NCBI GenBank assembly: GCA_050173895.1 | Contig: JBFXKJ010000001.1 | Coordinates: 12,732 to 76,731, forward strand | Direction: 5' to 3' | DNA length: 64,000 nucleotides | Origin: Mangrovibacterium sp. | GTDB taxonomy: Bacteria > Bacteroidota > Bacteroidia > Bacteroidales > Prolixibacteraceae | Shown here: in pieces, positions 27,342 to 37,882 of the stretch | Layout: every line of letters begins with the position of its first letter | Position numbering within the stretch: the stretch's first letter is position 1 | Program-made: the position numbers and the translations under genes | The notes under the pieces: model-generated | Told to the model about the DNA's origin: nothing | What the model saw: only the letters and a program-made list of their open reading frames with translations | The model's database searches: none

Positions 27342-27392
27342 GAATCAAGAATCAAGAGCCAAGAATCAAGACATAAAAACCAGGAATCAAGA
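27342..27392. repeat. Four copies of GAATCAAGA within 51 nt (UCUUGAUUC on the hut mRNA strand)
   Basis: Copies lie at 27342-27350, 27349-27357, 27363-27371 and 27384-27392. They are in the hutU-hutI intergenic spacer, ending 13 nt before the hutI ATG. Confidence 0.8.
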
Positions 27393-27443
27393 CGCATCGC
27401 GTCCCGGCGACTTCGCGTTTAAATCTATTTCCCTTGAATTGTC

Positions 27444-29129
27444 TCATCCATCAAAGTTAAGATTAAAATGCGTACGGTTGTCGATAGCGGCAGGATAGCC
27501 TGCATCGGCATGGCGAAAAATTCCAAGGGCGGGGTCATTGTGCAGGACCCTCCGCAAACAGCGTTCCGCACGTTCGGTTCCGTCGGCGACCACAACCATC
27601 CCTGCATGTTGGGAGTAGCCGATGCCCACGCCGCCGCCATGATGGAAGGACACCCAGGTGGCCCCGCCGGAGGTATTGGCCATCAGGTTTAACAGGGGCC
27701 AGTCTGAAACGGCATCCGAGCCGTCGGCCATTCCTTCCGTTTCACGGTTGGGGGAGGCTACCGACCCGCAGTCGAGGTGGTCGCGGCCGATGACAACCGG
27801 GGCTTTGAGGCGGCCGTTTTTGACCAGTTCGTTGAAGAGCAGGCCCGCTTTTTCGCGTTCACCCATTCCCAGCCAGCAGATCCGGCTGGGCAGTCCCTGA
27901 AAAGCCACCTTCGCCTGTGCCTGTGAAAGCCATTCTTTCAGGTGTTCATTCTCCGGAAAAGTCCTGATCAGCTCGCGGTCGGTGGTATAAATATCTTCCG
28001 GGTCGCCCGACAGTGCTACCCAGCGGAAAGGGCCTTTGCCTTCGCAGAAAAGCGGACGGATAAATTCGGGGATGAAACCTTTGTAATGAAAGGCATTTTC
28101 TTCACCGCCCCGGCGGGCAAATTCGCGCAGGTTGTTGCCGTAATCGAAGGTAACGCTTCCCCTTTTTTGCATTTCCAGCATAAAGCCGACGTGCCGGGCC
28201 ATACTTTTCAGCGCCAGACCGCGGTAAGCAAGCGGGTTGCTCTTTCTCAGGCTGCGTGCAGCTTCGGGTGACAGGCCATGCGGAACATAACCGTTCAGCG
28301 GATCGTGGGCTGAGGTCTGGTCGGTGAGAATGTCAGGGATCAGCTTGTCAGCCAATAATTTTTCCAATACATCACCGATGTTTCCGACCAGTCCGACCGA
28401 GAGCGCCTTTCCCTTCTCCTTCGCTTCCAGTATCCACCTGCATGCCTGCTCATAGCTGGCGGTCATCCGGTCAACATAGCGGGTTTTCAGCCGCTTTTCG
28501 ATCCGCTGCGGGTCTACATCCACACCCAGGAAGCAGGCTCCGGCCATGGTCGCTGCCAATGGCTGTGCTCCACCCATTCCTCCGAGGCCGCCCGAGACGA
28601 TCAGCTTTCGGTGAAGATTTCCGTTGAAATATTTTCGGCCGCATGCGGCGAAGGTTTCATACGTTCCCTGAAGGATCCCTTGTGTTCCGATGTAAATCCA
28701 GCTTCCCGCGGTCATCTGCCCGTACATGATCAGTCCCCGCGACCGGAGCTCATTGAAATGCTCCCAGGTAGCCCATGCGGGGACCAGGTTGCTGTTTGCG
28801 ATCAGTACCCGCGGCGCTTCCGGGTGACTGCGCACCAGGCCTACCGGTTTGCCTGACTGCACCAGCAGGGAATGGTTTTCATCCAGTTCAAGGAGCAGCC
28901 GGATTATCTCTTTTACGGCTTCGGGATTCCGTGCCGCCTGTCCCGTTCCGCCGTACACGATCAGGTTTTCCGGATCTTCCGCCACTTCTGCATTCAGGTT
29001 ATTCAGCAGCATCCGCAGGGGTGCTTCCGTTTGCCACGAACGGGCATGAAGCCGGTTGCCGGAGGGTGCACAATAATGCGGATGCGATGCGTACTTTTCA
29101 ATAAATTCCGAACTGTTCATGCTGCTCAT
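27444..29129 (-). CDS. hutU: Urocanate hydratase
   Basis: Shows the RMLLNNL...[13 protein letters not shown] pattern and the NAD-binding GLGGMGGAQ motif. Confidence 0.88.
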   Translation of the reverse strand: MSSMNSSEFIEKYASHPHYCAPSGNRLHARSWQTEAPLRMLLNNLNAEVAEDPENLIVYGGTGQAARNPEAVKEIIRLLLELDENHSLLVQSGKPVGLVRSHPEAPRVLIANSNLVPAWATWEHFNELRSRGLIMYGQMTAGSWIYIGTQGILQGTYETFAACGRKYFNGNLHRKLIVSGGLGGMGGAQPLAATMAGACFLGVDVDPQRIEKRLKTRYVDRMTASYEQACRWILEAKEKGKALSVGLVGNIGDVLEKLLADKLIPDILTDQTSAHDPLNGYVPHGLSPEAARSLRKSNPLAYRGLALKSMARHVGFMLEMQKRGSVTFDYGNNLREFARRGGEENAFHYKGFIPEFIRPLFCEGKGPFRWVALSGDPEDIYTTDRELIRTFPENEHLKEWLSQAQAKVAFQGLPSRICWLGMGEREKAGLLFNELVKNGRLKAPVVIGRDHLDCGSVASPNRETEGMADGSDAVSDWPLLNLMANTSGGATWVSFHHGGGVGIGYSQHAGMVVVADGTERAERCLRRVLHNDPALGIFRHADAGYPAAIDNRTHFNLNFDG

Positions 29130-30687
29130 TTTGAAAGTTCAACTGATGTTTCCCGGCCGTCCGGTTCAGGTGACTGATAATCTCCTTCGACTGGATCAGG
29201 CTGACGGCCCTTTCAATGTCTTCGTACAGGATGCGGTCGTTCTCATGAAAGGAGATGAAGCGGCGGATAAACTCATGCGCTGCGTCCACAAGAATTCCCG
29301 ATTTCAGCGGTTTTCGGAAATCGAATCCCTGAGCGGAAGTGATCAGTTCGATGGCCAGTATTTTTTCAAGATTTTTCACGATGTGCAGGGTTTTCCGGGC
29401 GCTTATGGAACCCATGCTCACATGGTCTTCCTGCCCGAGTGCGGTTGGGATGCTGTCGGCGCTGGCCGGGAAGCACAGCGTTTTGTTCTCGCTGACCAGG
29501 GCTGCAGAGGTATATTGCAGGATCATCAGCCCGGAGTTCAGTCCGGTGTGTTCCATCAGCATCTTGGGCAGCCCCGGGACGGTTTCGGTCATGGAGAGGT
29601 AAATACGCCGGTCGGCAATGTTTCCCAGTTCGGCGGCGGCCAGTCCGGCATAATCGAGCGGCAGGGCGATGGGCTGCCTGTGAAAGAGTCCGCCGCTGAT
29701 GGTTTTCTCTTCCGAAAATACGATCGGGTTGTCGGTGACGGAGTTGATTTCGGTAGTGACGATCTCCTTCAGGTGGAGCCACGCATTCCGGGAGGCGCCA
29801 TGCACCTGCGGAATGCAGCGCAGCGAATAGGGATCCTGCACCCGCGTGCAGTTCCGGTGCGATTCGACGATCTCCGAGTTCTGCAACAGTATGCGCATCC
29901 GTTCGGCAACATACACACAGCCGGCGTAGGGACGCAGGGTATGGAGTTCTTCATCGAAGCTTTTCACCGAGCCCATCATCGCCTCGAGGTTGATCGCGGC
30001 AATGATATCGGCATGATCCAGGCAGTTCTGCATTTTTTCGACGATCATTACCGCATGGGCGCTCATAAACTGGGTGCCGTTGATCAGGGCCAGCCCCTCT
30101 TTTGGCCCCAGCTCAATGGGTTGCATGCCCAGTTGCTGCAGGACTTCTGCGGCCGGCTTCATACCGTCGCCGCTGCAGACAGTGCCCATTCCGATGAGTG
30201 GAAGAAAAAGGTGCGACAGCGGCGCCAGATCGCCCGAAGCACCGACCGATCCCTGTTCCGGGACACAGGGGATGACGCCCTGATCGATATGCCAAATGAT
30301 CCTCCCGAGGGTGTCGGGCGAAACCCCGGAGTAGCCTTTTGCCAGCGAATGCGCTTTCAGGATCAGCATCAGTTTGGCGATCTCTCTGTCGACCGGCTTT
30401 CCGACGCCAACGCTGTGGCTCATCAGAAGGTTGTACTGCAGCGTTTTCGTGTCCTGCTCGTCGATCCGGGTGGTACACAAAGGGCCAAACCCAGTGTTAA
30501 TGCCGTAAACGATCCGGTGATTGCGGACAATATCGGCGATGATCCGGTGGCTCTGACTCACTTTTTTGCGTGCAGCATCTGTCAATACGCCTTTTTCAAG
30601 GCCGCGGACCAGCCGGATTGCCCTCCCAACAGTGAGCAGGTCTTCACCGTACCTAAATTCCTGAAGCAGACATTCTTTTTGCATCAT
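29098..30687 (-). CDS. hutH: Histidine ammonia-lyase
   Basis: The MIO-forming motif [15 protein letters not shown] is present. The ATG-ATG at 30687/30684 is preferred over the track start at 30798. The 3' end overlaps the hutU start by about 23-32 nt. Confidence 0.88.
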   Translation of the reverse strand: MMQKECLLQEFRYGEDLLTVGRAIRLVRGLEKGVLTDAARKKVSQSHRIIADIVRNHRIVYGINTGFGPLCTTRIDEQDTKTLQYNLLMSHSVGVGKPVDREIAKLMLILKAHSLAKGYSGVSPDTLGRIIWHIDQGVIPCVPEQGSVGASGDLAPLSHLFLPLIGMGTVCSGDGMKPAAEVLQQLGMQPIELGPKEGLALINGTQFMSAHAVMIVEKMQNCLDHADIIAAINLEAMMGSVKSFDEELHTLRPYAGCVYVAERMRILLQNSEIVESHRNCTRVQDPYSLRCIPQVHGASRNAWLHLKEIVTTEINSVTDNPIVFSEEKTISGGLFHRQPIALPLDYAGLAAAELGNIADRRIYLSMTETVPGLPKMLMEHTGLNSGLMILQYTSAALVSENKTLCFPASADSIPTALGQEDHVSMGSISARKTLHIVKNLEKILAIELITSAQGFDFRKPLKSGILVDAAHEFIRRFISFHENDRILYEDIERAVSLIQSKEIISHLNRTAGKHQLNFQNEQHEQFGIY

Positions 30688-30834
30688 TCGCGTTTTTTTC
30701 AAAAGAATTAAGGTCACTCTGTCCCGTGCAAGGTAAACTAATTTCCCGGGACAAAAAATGACAAAAAGAATGGTTTCAATTGCCTGCATAGGCGTCATGC
30801 GATGCAGAAGCGCAGGGGAAAGAGTTAACCGGAT

Positions 30835-33225
30835 CTATTTATTTTGATTATCCAGGGTGTAGCTGATGGTAAACGACATATAGGGCATTTCCTTTCTCCA
30901 TCTTTGTATGCTGAAGTCCCTACCGGTTGTGATTTCATGGTATCGCTCACCCGAAAACAGATCGTTGAAAACCAGTGTGGTATTCCATCTGCCTTTTTCA
31001 AATAACTTTTTGATGGCCAGATTGGATACAAAATAGCCGTCCCGTTTTGTTTGCATGTTCTTCATAGGACTGGTATAAGCCACGTCCCATTTCAGCGTCC
31101 ATGAACCCGAAAGCAGGAAGGTGTTGTTTAGCCGCGCATGGCCTTTTAACTGCTCAATTTTCTTCTGGATATCTTCAAAGCGGATGTCCTGCCGGTAGTG
31201 GTATAAGGCGGAAGACAGGTTCATATTCCACCATTTTGCCAGATCCACGCCGGTCATTAATTCTACGCCAAGGCTCTGTGATTTTCCGACATTTTCGGGT
31301 GAGCGGACCAGCCTGTTTTCGGTTCTTGTTTGTGAATAATGCTGAATCAGATTGGCGGTTTCCCGGTAGAAAACTTCACCCGATATAAAATCTTTTTCCC
31401 ACGATTTTTTATATCCGGCTTCCCAGGCACCGGTGAACGAAGGATTCAAGTCTCCATTTCCTTTGTAAACAGAATAGGGCGTTTCGTACTGTTCCAGAGG
31501 GATCAGACTCCAGTAATTCGGACGGTTTATCCGGCGGGAATATCCCATGTAAAGCTGATGTGTCTTGGAAATGCTGTACGTGAGGTGTCCCGACGGAAAG
31601 AAATCGTTATAATTCTTCTGTGCGGGAATAATTTTTTTCTGATTCCCTGCAGGATCGTAGCTGTAATCCGATCGTCTTTTCATGTATTCCGTGCGTATCC
31701 CAATCTGGAGCGCGAGTTTTTTCCAGTCTCTTTTCAGCGAGAGGTAAGCCGCGTAAATATCCTGCTTAAAATTGACCGACTGGTTTGCCGGTTCATCTGC
31801 AAACCTGGTGATGTTGCCTTTTTCGTCAAAGGTACCGCTCACCGAAGTCAGTTGAGGAATATGGTCGGTATTGACCTGAGCCCCTGTTTCCAGCGTGGTT
31901 TTTTCATTGAGGGGCAGGCTGTAGTTCAGTTTTCCTTCCACAACGATCTCGTTTTGCTCCGTACCCTTGTAACCCACCCGGTCGGTATGGGAATCATAGA
32001 CTTTCGTATCGGTTTGCCGGTCGTGAAGGTCCCGCAAATATCCTGAATAATTGATGTAAGCCGATAGCAAATGCGTCCGTTTTCTGTTGAATGCGTGATC
32101 CCATGTAAAGGTAGTGCCGATGTATCGAAAATCCATATCGACCCGGCTGTCCAGTTCGTAGTCCAGGGAAGTGCCCGCCCCGCTTTCATCTGTAATCCGC
32201 TCTGAAGTAAGCCCGTTTTCGCGGTACACTTGCCTGGCTGTTTCGGGATAGATGTAGCCCGAAAAGTTGATGTAATCTTTGTCTGTCAGATCATAATTGA
32301 ATCCTGTCTCGAAATAGGAATAATCTTTATACCGCTTGCCCGACTTGCCTGTTTCTGTTTTATAAGTCAGGCCGTTGTTGTCCGTCAGTTGGTTTTCGGT
32401 ACTTTGATAGTCGGTCCAGACAAACCTGGACCATTGACCTTGTACGTACCATCCGCTCTTTTTGCCCTTGTTGTCAACCGAAAAGTGCCAGTCATAGCCA
32501 TTCCGGCTGTTCACTTTCATACTTGAATTGATAGCATAACCTTCCATCCGGTTCTTCTTTAAGATAATCCGGATGATTCCGGCAGTTCCTTCAGCAAGAT
32601 ATTTGGCAGAAGGGTTGGTGATGATCTCTATTTTATCAATCTGGCCGGCGGGTAACTGCCTGAGTTTTTCCTCGCCGTTGGCAACGGGGTGCCCGTTGAT
32701 ATAGACTTTGAATGTCCCTTCACCGCGATAGCTCAGCTTTCCTTCAAAATCCAGCTGAACAGAGGGAACATTTTCCAGCAGGTCCATGGCCACCTCCGCA
32801 CCGGGAAAGCTTCCCGCGTCGATCACTTTGCGGTCGACCTGGTAACTTATCGAGGGTCTGGCTCCGGTGACCCTGATCTCATTCAGATTTTCGGTCAGCA
32901 CCTGCAATTGGATTTCTCCCAGATCGCGGGTGCCCGGTTGCAGCAGAAGATTTCGGATCATCACCGGCTGGTAGCCGATGAAGCTGATGTTGAGACGGTA
33001 CCTGCCGGTCGCGAGATTATTTATCCGGAAATCTCCCCGGGTGCCGGTAACCGCTCCGTCAACGATGGCCGAATCGCCTTCGTTATGCAAGGCTATGTTC
33101 GAATAGGCGATAGGTTCGCTGGTATGGCTGTCAACGACCGTACCCCTGACCTGGCAAGGCTGAGCGAAAAGGTGATTCAGGCAACAATTAAGCGTAAGAA
33201 AAAAAGCAATAGTTACGTATTTCAT
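30835..33225 (-). CDS. TonB-dependent receptor / outer-membrane beta-barrel protein with an N-terminal carboxypeptidase-regulatory-like domain (no SusD partner)
   Basis: Has the signal peptide MKYVTIAFFLTLN...LFAQP, a CarbopepD_reg-like segment (VRGTVVDSHTSEPIAYSNIAL), a long beta-barrel and a C-terminal aromatic-rich end. The start at 33225 is preferred. Confidence 0.75.
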   Translation of the reverse strand: MKYVTIAFFLTLNCCLNHLFAQPCQVRGTVVDSHTSEPIAYSNIALHNEGDSAIVDGAVTGTRGDFRINNLATGRYRLNISFIGYQPVMIRNLLLQPGTRDLGEIQLQVLTENLNEIRVTGARPSISYQVDRKVIDAGSFPGAEVAMDLLENVPSVQLDFEGKLSYRGEGTFKVYINGHPVANGEEKLRQLPAGQIDKIEIITNPSAKYLAEGTAGIIRIILKKNRMEGYAINSSMKVNSRNGYDWHFSVDNKGKKSGWYVQGQWSRFVWTDYQSTENQLTDNNGLTYKTETGKSGKRYKDYSYFETGFNYDLTDKDYINFSGYIYPETARQVYRENGLTSERITDESGAGTSLDYELDSRVDMDFRYIGTTFTWDHAFNRKRTHLLSAYINYSGYLRDLHDRQTDTKVYDSHTDRVGYKGTEQNEIVVEGKLNYSLPLNEKTTLETGAQVNTDHIPQLTSVSGTFDEKGNITRFADEPANQSVNFKQDIYAAYLSLKRDWKKLALQIGIRTEYMKRRSDYSYDPAGNQKKIIPAQKNYNDFFPSGHLTYSISKTHQLYMGYSRRINRPNYWSLIPLEQYETPYSVYKGNGDLNPSFTGAWEAGYKKSWEKDFISGEVFYRETANLIQHYSQTRTENRLVRSPENVGKSQSLGVELMTGVDLAKWWNMNLSSALYHYRQDIRFEDIQKKIEQLKGHARLNNTFLLSGSWTLKWDVAYTSPMKNMQTKRDGYFVSNLAIKKLFEKGRWNTTLVFNDLFSGERYHEITTGRDFSIQRWRKEMPYMSFTISYTLDNQNK

Positions 33226-33619
33226 CCGAACAAAATTGATTTTTAACGGTCGGATGGAACTCGCATGAATTTGTTCATACGTGTTTGTGTTGATTGGCAA
33301 ACATGCTCGTTTCATAGTCAGATTCCCGGATCATGATCGTTAGGGTCATAAATCATTTTCAGGCGAAAAAAGACAGCTGTCTTTATCGGCTTTTCCGGTT
33401 AGTTACTTCCCCAAATCGAATGGATTGCTTTTATTTATCAAAAGTCGGTTATATGTCGCCTGTTGCTAATTAAAAGCGCAACGAAAATGATATTTTTATT
33501 TCATGTAATAAAGTGCAAATGTCATTTATTATGATTTATTTTTCTTTTTAGCGGATTTGATATATTTACACCAGTCCGGAGACAAGCGTGTTATAATAAT
33601 GTAGTAATAATGATAACCC

Positions 33620-35437
33620 ATGAAATACCGTCCAATTTTCAGGAAGATCACTGTTGTTTGTATGATAGCGTTGGCTAATCTTTCAGTTTCGGCTCAAAAA
33701 GAGGTGAACGGGCGTGCCCGCTGGTTTGTCGATTCGCGTTTCGGCATGTTTATCCACTGGGGCGTATACAGTGGGGCCGAAGGCTTTTGGAAAGGCGAGA
33801 AGCTCCGTTACGACAATGATTATGCGGAATGGATCTATTACCGCAACCGCATCGCGAAAGACGAATACCTGACTTTACTCGATCGTTTCGATTGGGAGAA
33901 TATCGATCCTGAAGAATGGGTGCTCCTGGCAAAACAGGCCGGAATGAAATATATAACCCTTACGGCCAAGCATCACGATGGCTTCGCTTTGTGGGACAGC
34001 AAAGTAAGCGATTATAACATTGCCCGTTACACCAGCCCAAAGCGGGATATTGTCAAAGAATTGGCAGCCGCCTGTAAAAAGCACGGATTGAAGATGGGCC
34101 TGTACTATTCGCACTGGATCGATTGGGAGCATCCCGATGGTTGGGATCACTCCAAAGAAATTACAGGATTGAGTCCGGAACAGTACGATCGTTACTGGCA
34201 GGGAAAGGTGATTCCTCAAATGCGCGAATTGCTTACCAATTACGGCGAAATCAGCATGATCTGGTTCGATATGTGGATTCATCATTCTTCTACTGTGGTC
34301 AGTAAAAACCAGTTGATGCAGTTGAAGTCGCTGATCCGGAAATTGCAGCCGAATTGTCTGATCAATTCACGTCTGGGACTTTCGATTGAAGAAGACCCCG
34401 ATATCGATTTTAAAACACTTGGCGACAATGAGCTGGGAAGCAAAAAAGAAGAATTTCCGTGGCAATCGCCCGGTACGGTAGCGCATTCGTGGGGATTCAG
34501 TTCGTACGAAGGCCAGTGGAGGTCGACCACCACCTTGTTGCAGTCGCTGATCAGTAATGTCAGCCTGAATGGGAATTTTATGCTGAATATCGGTCCCCGG
34601 GCAAATGGGGATGTGCCTTATGAAATTACTCAGCGCCTGCAGCAAATGGGCGGGTGGCTGGCTGTAAACGGAGAGTCGGTTTATGGCAGCGGCGCTTTCA
34701 GCCTGAATAAGGATCAGCACGAGTGGGGAAGGATAACCTGCAAAACAGAAAAGGATGGCCGGACCACGCTTTACCTGCATGTTTACACCTGGCCGCTGAA
34801 CAAGTCTCTGTGTGTAACCGGAATTGCCGAAAAAGCAAAAAAGGTTTATTTGCTGGCCGACAAGCAAAAATCTTCCCTTGCTTTTTCGTTTAACCAGGCT
34901 GTCACCAGGATTACGCTGCCCAACCGGCAGCCCGATCCTTTTGTATCGGTGGTGGTGATGGAATTTGATCATTATCCTGCTGTTTACGACAGTCTGGTAG
35001 CCGAAAGCACAGGTGGAGGATTTTCGCTAAGTCTGAAAAACCGGCTGAAAGCGTCAGGCGATTCGCTGATCCGGCCGGCCGAACGTTTTGGTTCGGTTCC
35101 GGCTCACGCAACTATTACGCAAAAAAGCACGTACCGCTGGCGCATTTCTGTTGACCAGCCCGGCCCCATGCATGCGGATGTTTCCTGCAATTTCCAGGGT
35201 AAATCGCCCGCGGGGACGATTATCGTCCGTAGTGCGGGAAAAGCCGTTCAATCGGTCATTCAGCCAACCGGGAAAACCGTAGGGGAGCCGCGCTCCGACT
35301 GGCAGATTGACGGCTTCAATTCGCAGCGGGTAGGAGCAATTTCGTTCCCATCGGCCGGTTTTTATGATGTTGAACTGGAAATCGTTCCCGGCAAAAAAGA
35401 GGAAGTTGGTTTCCAGTGGTTATGGCTGGGGAGATAA
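33620..35437 (+). CDS. Alpha-L-fucosidase (GH29) with a C-terminal accessory domain
   Basis: FGMFIHWGVYS and YITLTAKHHDGFALWDS are GH29 hallmark segments. A signal peptide is present. Confidence 0.85.
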   Translation: MKYRPIFRKITVVCMIALANLSVSAQKEVNGRARWFVDSRFGMFIHWGVYSGAEGFWKGEKLRYDNDYAEWIYYRNRIAKDEYLTLLDRFDWENIDPEEWVLLAKQAGMKYITLTAKHHDGFALWDSKVSDYNIARYTSPKRDIVKELAAACKKHGLKMGLYYSHWIDWEHPDGWDHSKEITGLSPEQYDRYWQGKVIPQMRELLTNYGEISMIWFDMWIHHSSTVVSKNQLMQLKSLIRKLQPNCLINSRLGLSIEEDPDIDFKTLGDNELGSKKEEFPWQSPGTVAHSWGFSSYEGQWRSTTTLLQSLISNVSLNGNFMLNIGPRANGDVPYEITQRLQQMGGWLAVNGESVYGSGAFSLNKDQHEWGRITCKTEKDGRTTLYLHVYTWPLNKSLCVTGIAEKAKKVYLLADKQKSSLAFSFNQAVTRITLPNRQPDPFVSVVVMEFDHYPAVYDSLVAESTGGGFSLSLKNRLKASGDSLIRPAERFGSVPAHATITQKSTYRWRISVDQPGPMHADVSCNFQGKSPAGTIIVRSAGKAVQSVIQPTGKTVGEPRSDWQIDGFNSQRVGAISFPSAGFYDVELEIVPGKKEEVGFQWLWLGR

Positions 35438-35585
35438 TCTTGCATACTTGTTGTTTTAGAGCCGTTGAGTCTCAATATCTTCATTTCCGAGTATGGGATC
35501 AAATCGGTAAACTACTTTTTTTACCAACCTCATTTGGTTAAAGCATTGTAAACCAATTAGCCCTTTCATGACTTACTCCTGAATA

Positions 35586-37877
35586 TTAAGGTAGTTCATT
35601 TTCCAAATTCAGATTCTTATTAGGCCTGGAGCCCATTTCAAAAATTAGCGTTCCTCCGTTTTTGAATGCATCATGGTTAAACCAAAATTTGTTCAATGAG
35701 TTTCCATTCAGGATAACCGAATGGAAATATTTATTCTCCTTTGAATTATTTCTTGCTTCAATTGTAAATTTGTCAGGCCGGTCCGGAAAAATAATGACCT
35801 TGTTAAACCTGGGAGTACCAATGACCCAGGTGTTTTGTCCCGGTGCTACCGGGTAGAACCCCATGGCACTTAAAACATACCATGCTGACATTTGCCCCAT
35901 ATCTTCATTGCCACATAACCCGGAGGGACTGGCTGTATATAATTCGTCCATGATTTTTCGAACAAGCTCTTGCGTCTTCCAGGGAGCCCCTGCATAATTG
36001 AATAAATAACTGGTATGGTGGCTGGGCTCATTGCCATGAGCATACAGACCTATTAGTCCGGTCACGTCAAGTTGGGTTTCAGGTATTTCAGAGCTCATGA
36101 TAAATAAAGAGTCCAGCTTGCTGATAAATTTTTCATTTCCCCCAACCAATTTGATGAGGCCCGGAACATCATGCGGAACAAACCAGGTATATTGCCAGGC
36201 ATTTCCTTCGGTATAATGCCGGTTATTTCCCTTTCCAACCAAACGAGGGTCAAATGGACTAAGCCATTCACCATTGGAATCTTTCGGGCGGGCAAAGCCT
36301 ATTGTTGTATCTATCAGGTTCTTATAGTTTCCGGCTCTTTCCATAAATAATTCGTAATCGGCAACTTTACCCAGATCATTTGCAAGTTGGGCAACACACC
36401 AGTCATTGTATGCATATTCAAGTGTCTTTGAAACCGACTCTTTGATTTTGTCATAGGGCAGATAACCAAATTGTAAGTAATCTTTTAAGTCCACCCTTCC
36501 CCTGGACGGATGATCGGCAGGCGGAGTTTCCAAGGCATTCTTTCTCACCGCCTCGTATGCGCTCTCTATATCAAAGCTCCTGATCCCTTTCCTGTAGGCA
36601 TCCAAAATAATGCTGACCGGATGATCGCCAATCATGTCGTTGGTGTAACTGTTCCCAAATTGCTGCGGAGTCGGCAGCCATCCTCCCTCTCGATACTGGG
36701 TAATCATCGTATTGATGACATCATGGGTTCTTTTTGGTTCGATTAGTGCCAGAAGTGGCATCTGAGCCCGGAAAGTATCCCACATGGAGAAATCACTGCG
36801 ATAGGTGAACCCTTTTGCAGTGTGTATCTTGTTATCCAGTCCCCGGTATTTGCCGTCAGCGTCACTAAATGTGCCCGGAAATAAAAGCGAATGATATAAT
36901 GCAGTATAGAAAATTGTTAATTTTTCACTGTTTTCCTGATCAGTTTCCACTTTTATCTTATCCAAGGCTTTTCCCCATCTTGCTTCGGCATTTCCTTTAA
37001 CACGTTCGAAATTCCAACTAGGGATTTCCTTTTCAAGGTTCAATCGTGCCTGTTCAACACTTGTGTATGAAATTCCAACTTTCACCTGGATGATTTCATT
37101 CTCAGAAGTGGCATAATTGATAAACGCGCCGACACGTATGCCTGAATCCTCTTTAGAACCATTTTTAATTTCATTTTGATTCCATGTTCCTGAAGAACGA
37201 AAGGCTTTGCTAAATTTTGCATAGAAATAAACCACCTGGTTTTTTACAAAGCCGGTTGAGATCCGGTATCCTTGTACTTCAGAATCACTGACCACTTGAA
37301 TATGAGCGTTTGCACAAACCTCACGGTCACCAATCCCATGCCCCAGGTCAATTATGATATGGGATGTATCAGATTCGGGGAAGGTGTACTGATGAAATCC
37401 GGCACGTTCGGAAACAGTAAGTTGAACTTTAATTCCGTAGTCGGTTAGGGTTACGGAATAAAAGCCAGGAGTCGCCTTTTCTTCCAGGTGTGAAAAACGG
37501 GAGCGGTATCCTTCATCCGGATTTTCTTTACTGCCCGCAGAAATTTTTAATTTGCGGGTTGTTGGCATTAGGAGGATATCACCCCAGTCGGCTGCGCCCA
37601 TTCCACTGCGATGCAAGTGGCTGAAACCCATGATTGAGCTGTCGCTATAATGGTACCCGGAACACCAGTCCCAACCTTTAGTGCCTGTATCGGGTCCAAG
37701 TTGAACCATGCCTCCCGGAAGTGCCGCACCTGGGAAGGTATGCCCATGGTAATCAGTTCCAATGAAAGGATTGACATGCTGAATGGATTGGGCTGCCGCC
37801 TGATTGATTCCGGACAACATCGATATTGCGAAAATGGTTAACATCCAATCGGAGAAAAACCGGTATGTCTTATTCAT
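35586..37877 (-). CDS. GH92 alpha-mannosidase
   Basis: GFSHLHRSGMG and HGNEPSHHTSYLFNYAG are GH92 hallmark segments. The protein is 763 aa with a signal peptide. Confidence 0.85.
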   Translation of the reverse strand: MNKTYRFFSDWMLTIFAISMLSGINQAAAQSIQHVNPFIGTDYHGHTFPGAALPGGMVQLGPDTGTKGWDWCSGYHYSDSSIMGFSHLHRSGMGAADWGDILLMPTTRKLKISAGSKENPDEGYRSRFSHLEEKATPGFYSVTLTDYGIKVQLTVSERAGFHQYTFPESDTSHIIIDLGHGIGDREVCANAHIQVVSDSEVQGYRISTGFVKNQVVYFYAKFSKAFRSSGTWNQNEIKNGSKEDSGIRVGAFINYATSENEIIQVKVGISYTSVEQARLNLEKEIPSWNFERVKGNAEARWGKALDKIKVETDQENSEKLTIFYTALYHSLLFPGTFSDADGKYRGLDNKIHTAKGFTYRSDFSMWDTFRAQMPLLALIEPKRTHDVINTMITQYREGGWLPTPQQFGNSYTNDMIGDHPVSIILDAYRKGIRSFDIESAYEAVRKNALETPPADHPSRGRVDLKDYLQFGYLPYDKIKESVSKTLEYAYNDWCVAQLANDLGKVADYELFMERAGNYKNLIDTTIGFARPKDSNGEWLSPFDPRLVGKGNNRHYTEGNAWQYTWFVPHDVPGLIKLVGGNEKFISKLDSLFIMSSEIPETQLDVTGLIGLYAHGNEPSHHTSYLFNYAGAPWKTQELVRKIMDELYTASPSGLCGNEDMGQMSAWYVLSAMGFYPVAPGQNTWVIGTPRFNKVIIFPDRPDKFTIEARNNSKENKYFHSVILNGNSLNKFWFNHDAFKNGGTLIFEMGSRPNKNLNLENELP

Positions 37878-37882
37878 AGCTT

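Noticed and set aside
27342-27392. The short repeated motif array, considered as a possible CRISPR or tandem-repeat locus.
   Set aside because: The units are only 9 nt, with irregular or overlapping spacing, and there are no spacers of CRISPR length and no cas genes. I kept it as a possible regulatory or dispersed-repeat feature instead.
29098-29129. The overlap of about 23-32 nt between the hutH 3' end and the hutU 5' end, considered as a possible frameshift or fusion.
   Set aside because: Both frames give full-length, family-typical proteins, and an alternative hutU ATG at 29120 still overlaps. Short overlaps like this are common in coupled operons, so there is no evidence of a sequencing or frameshift problem.
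29119-30711. A 530-aa ORF on the plus strand, the longest unexplained ORF in the track.
   Set aside because: It lies entirely antisense to hutH, which carries the diagnostic ASG/MIO motif. The translation is low-complexity (rich in G/R/Q/D/F) with no recognisable domain. It is a typical shadow ORF in a GC-rich, codon-biased gene.
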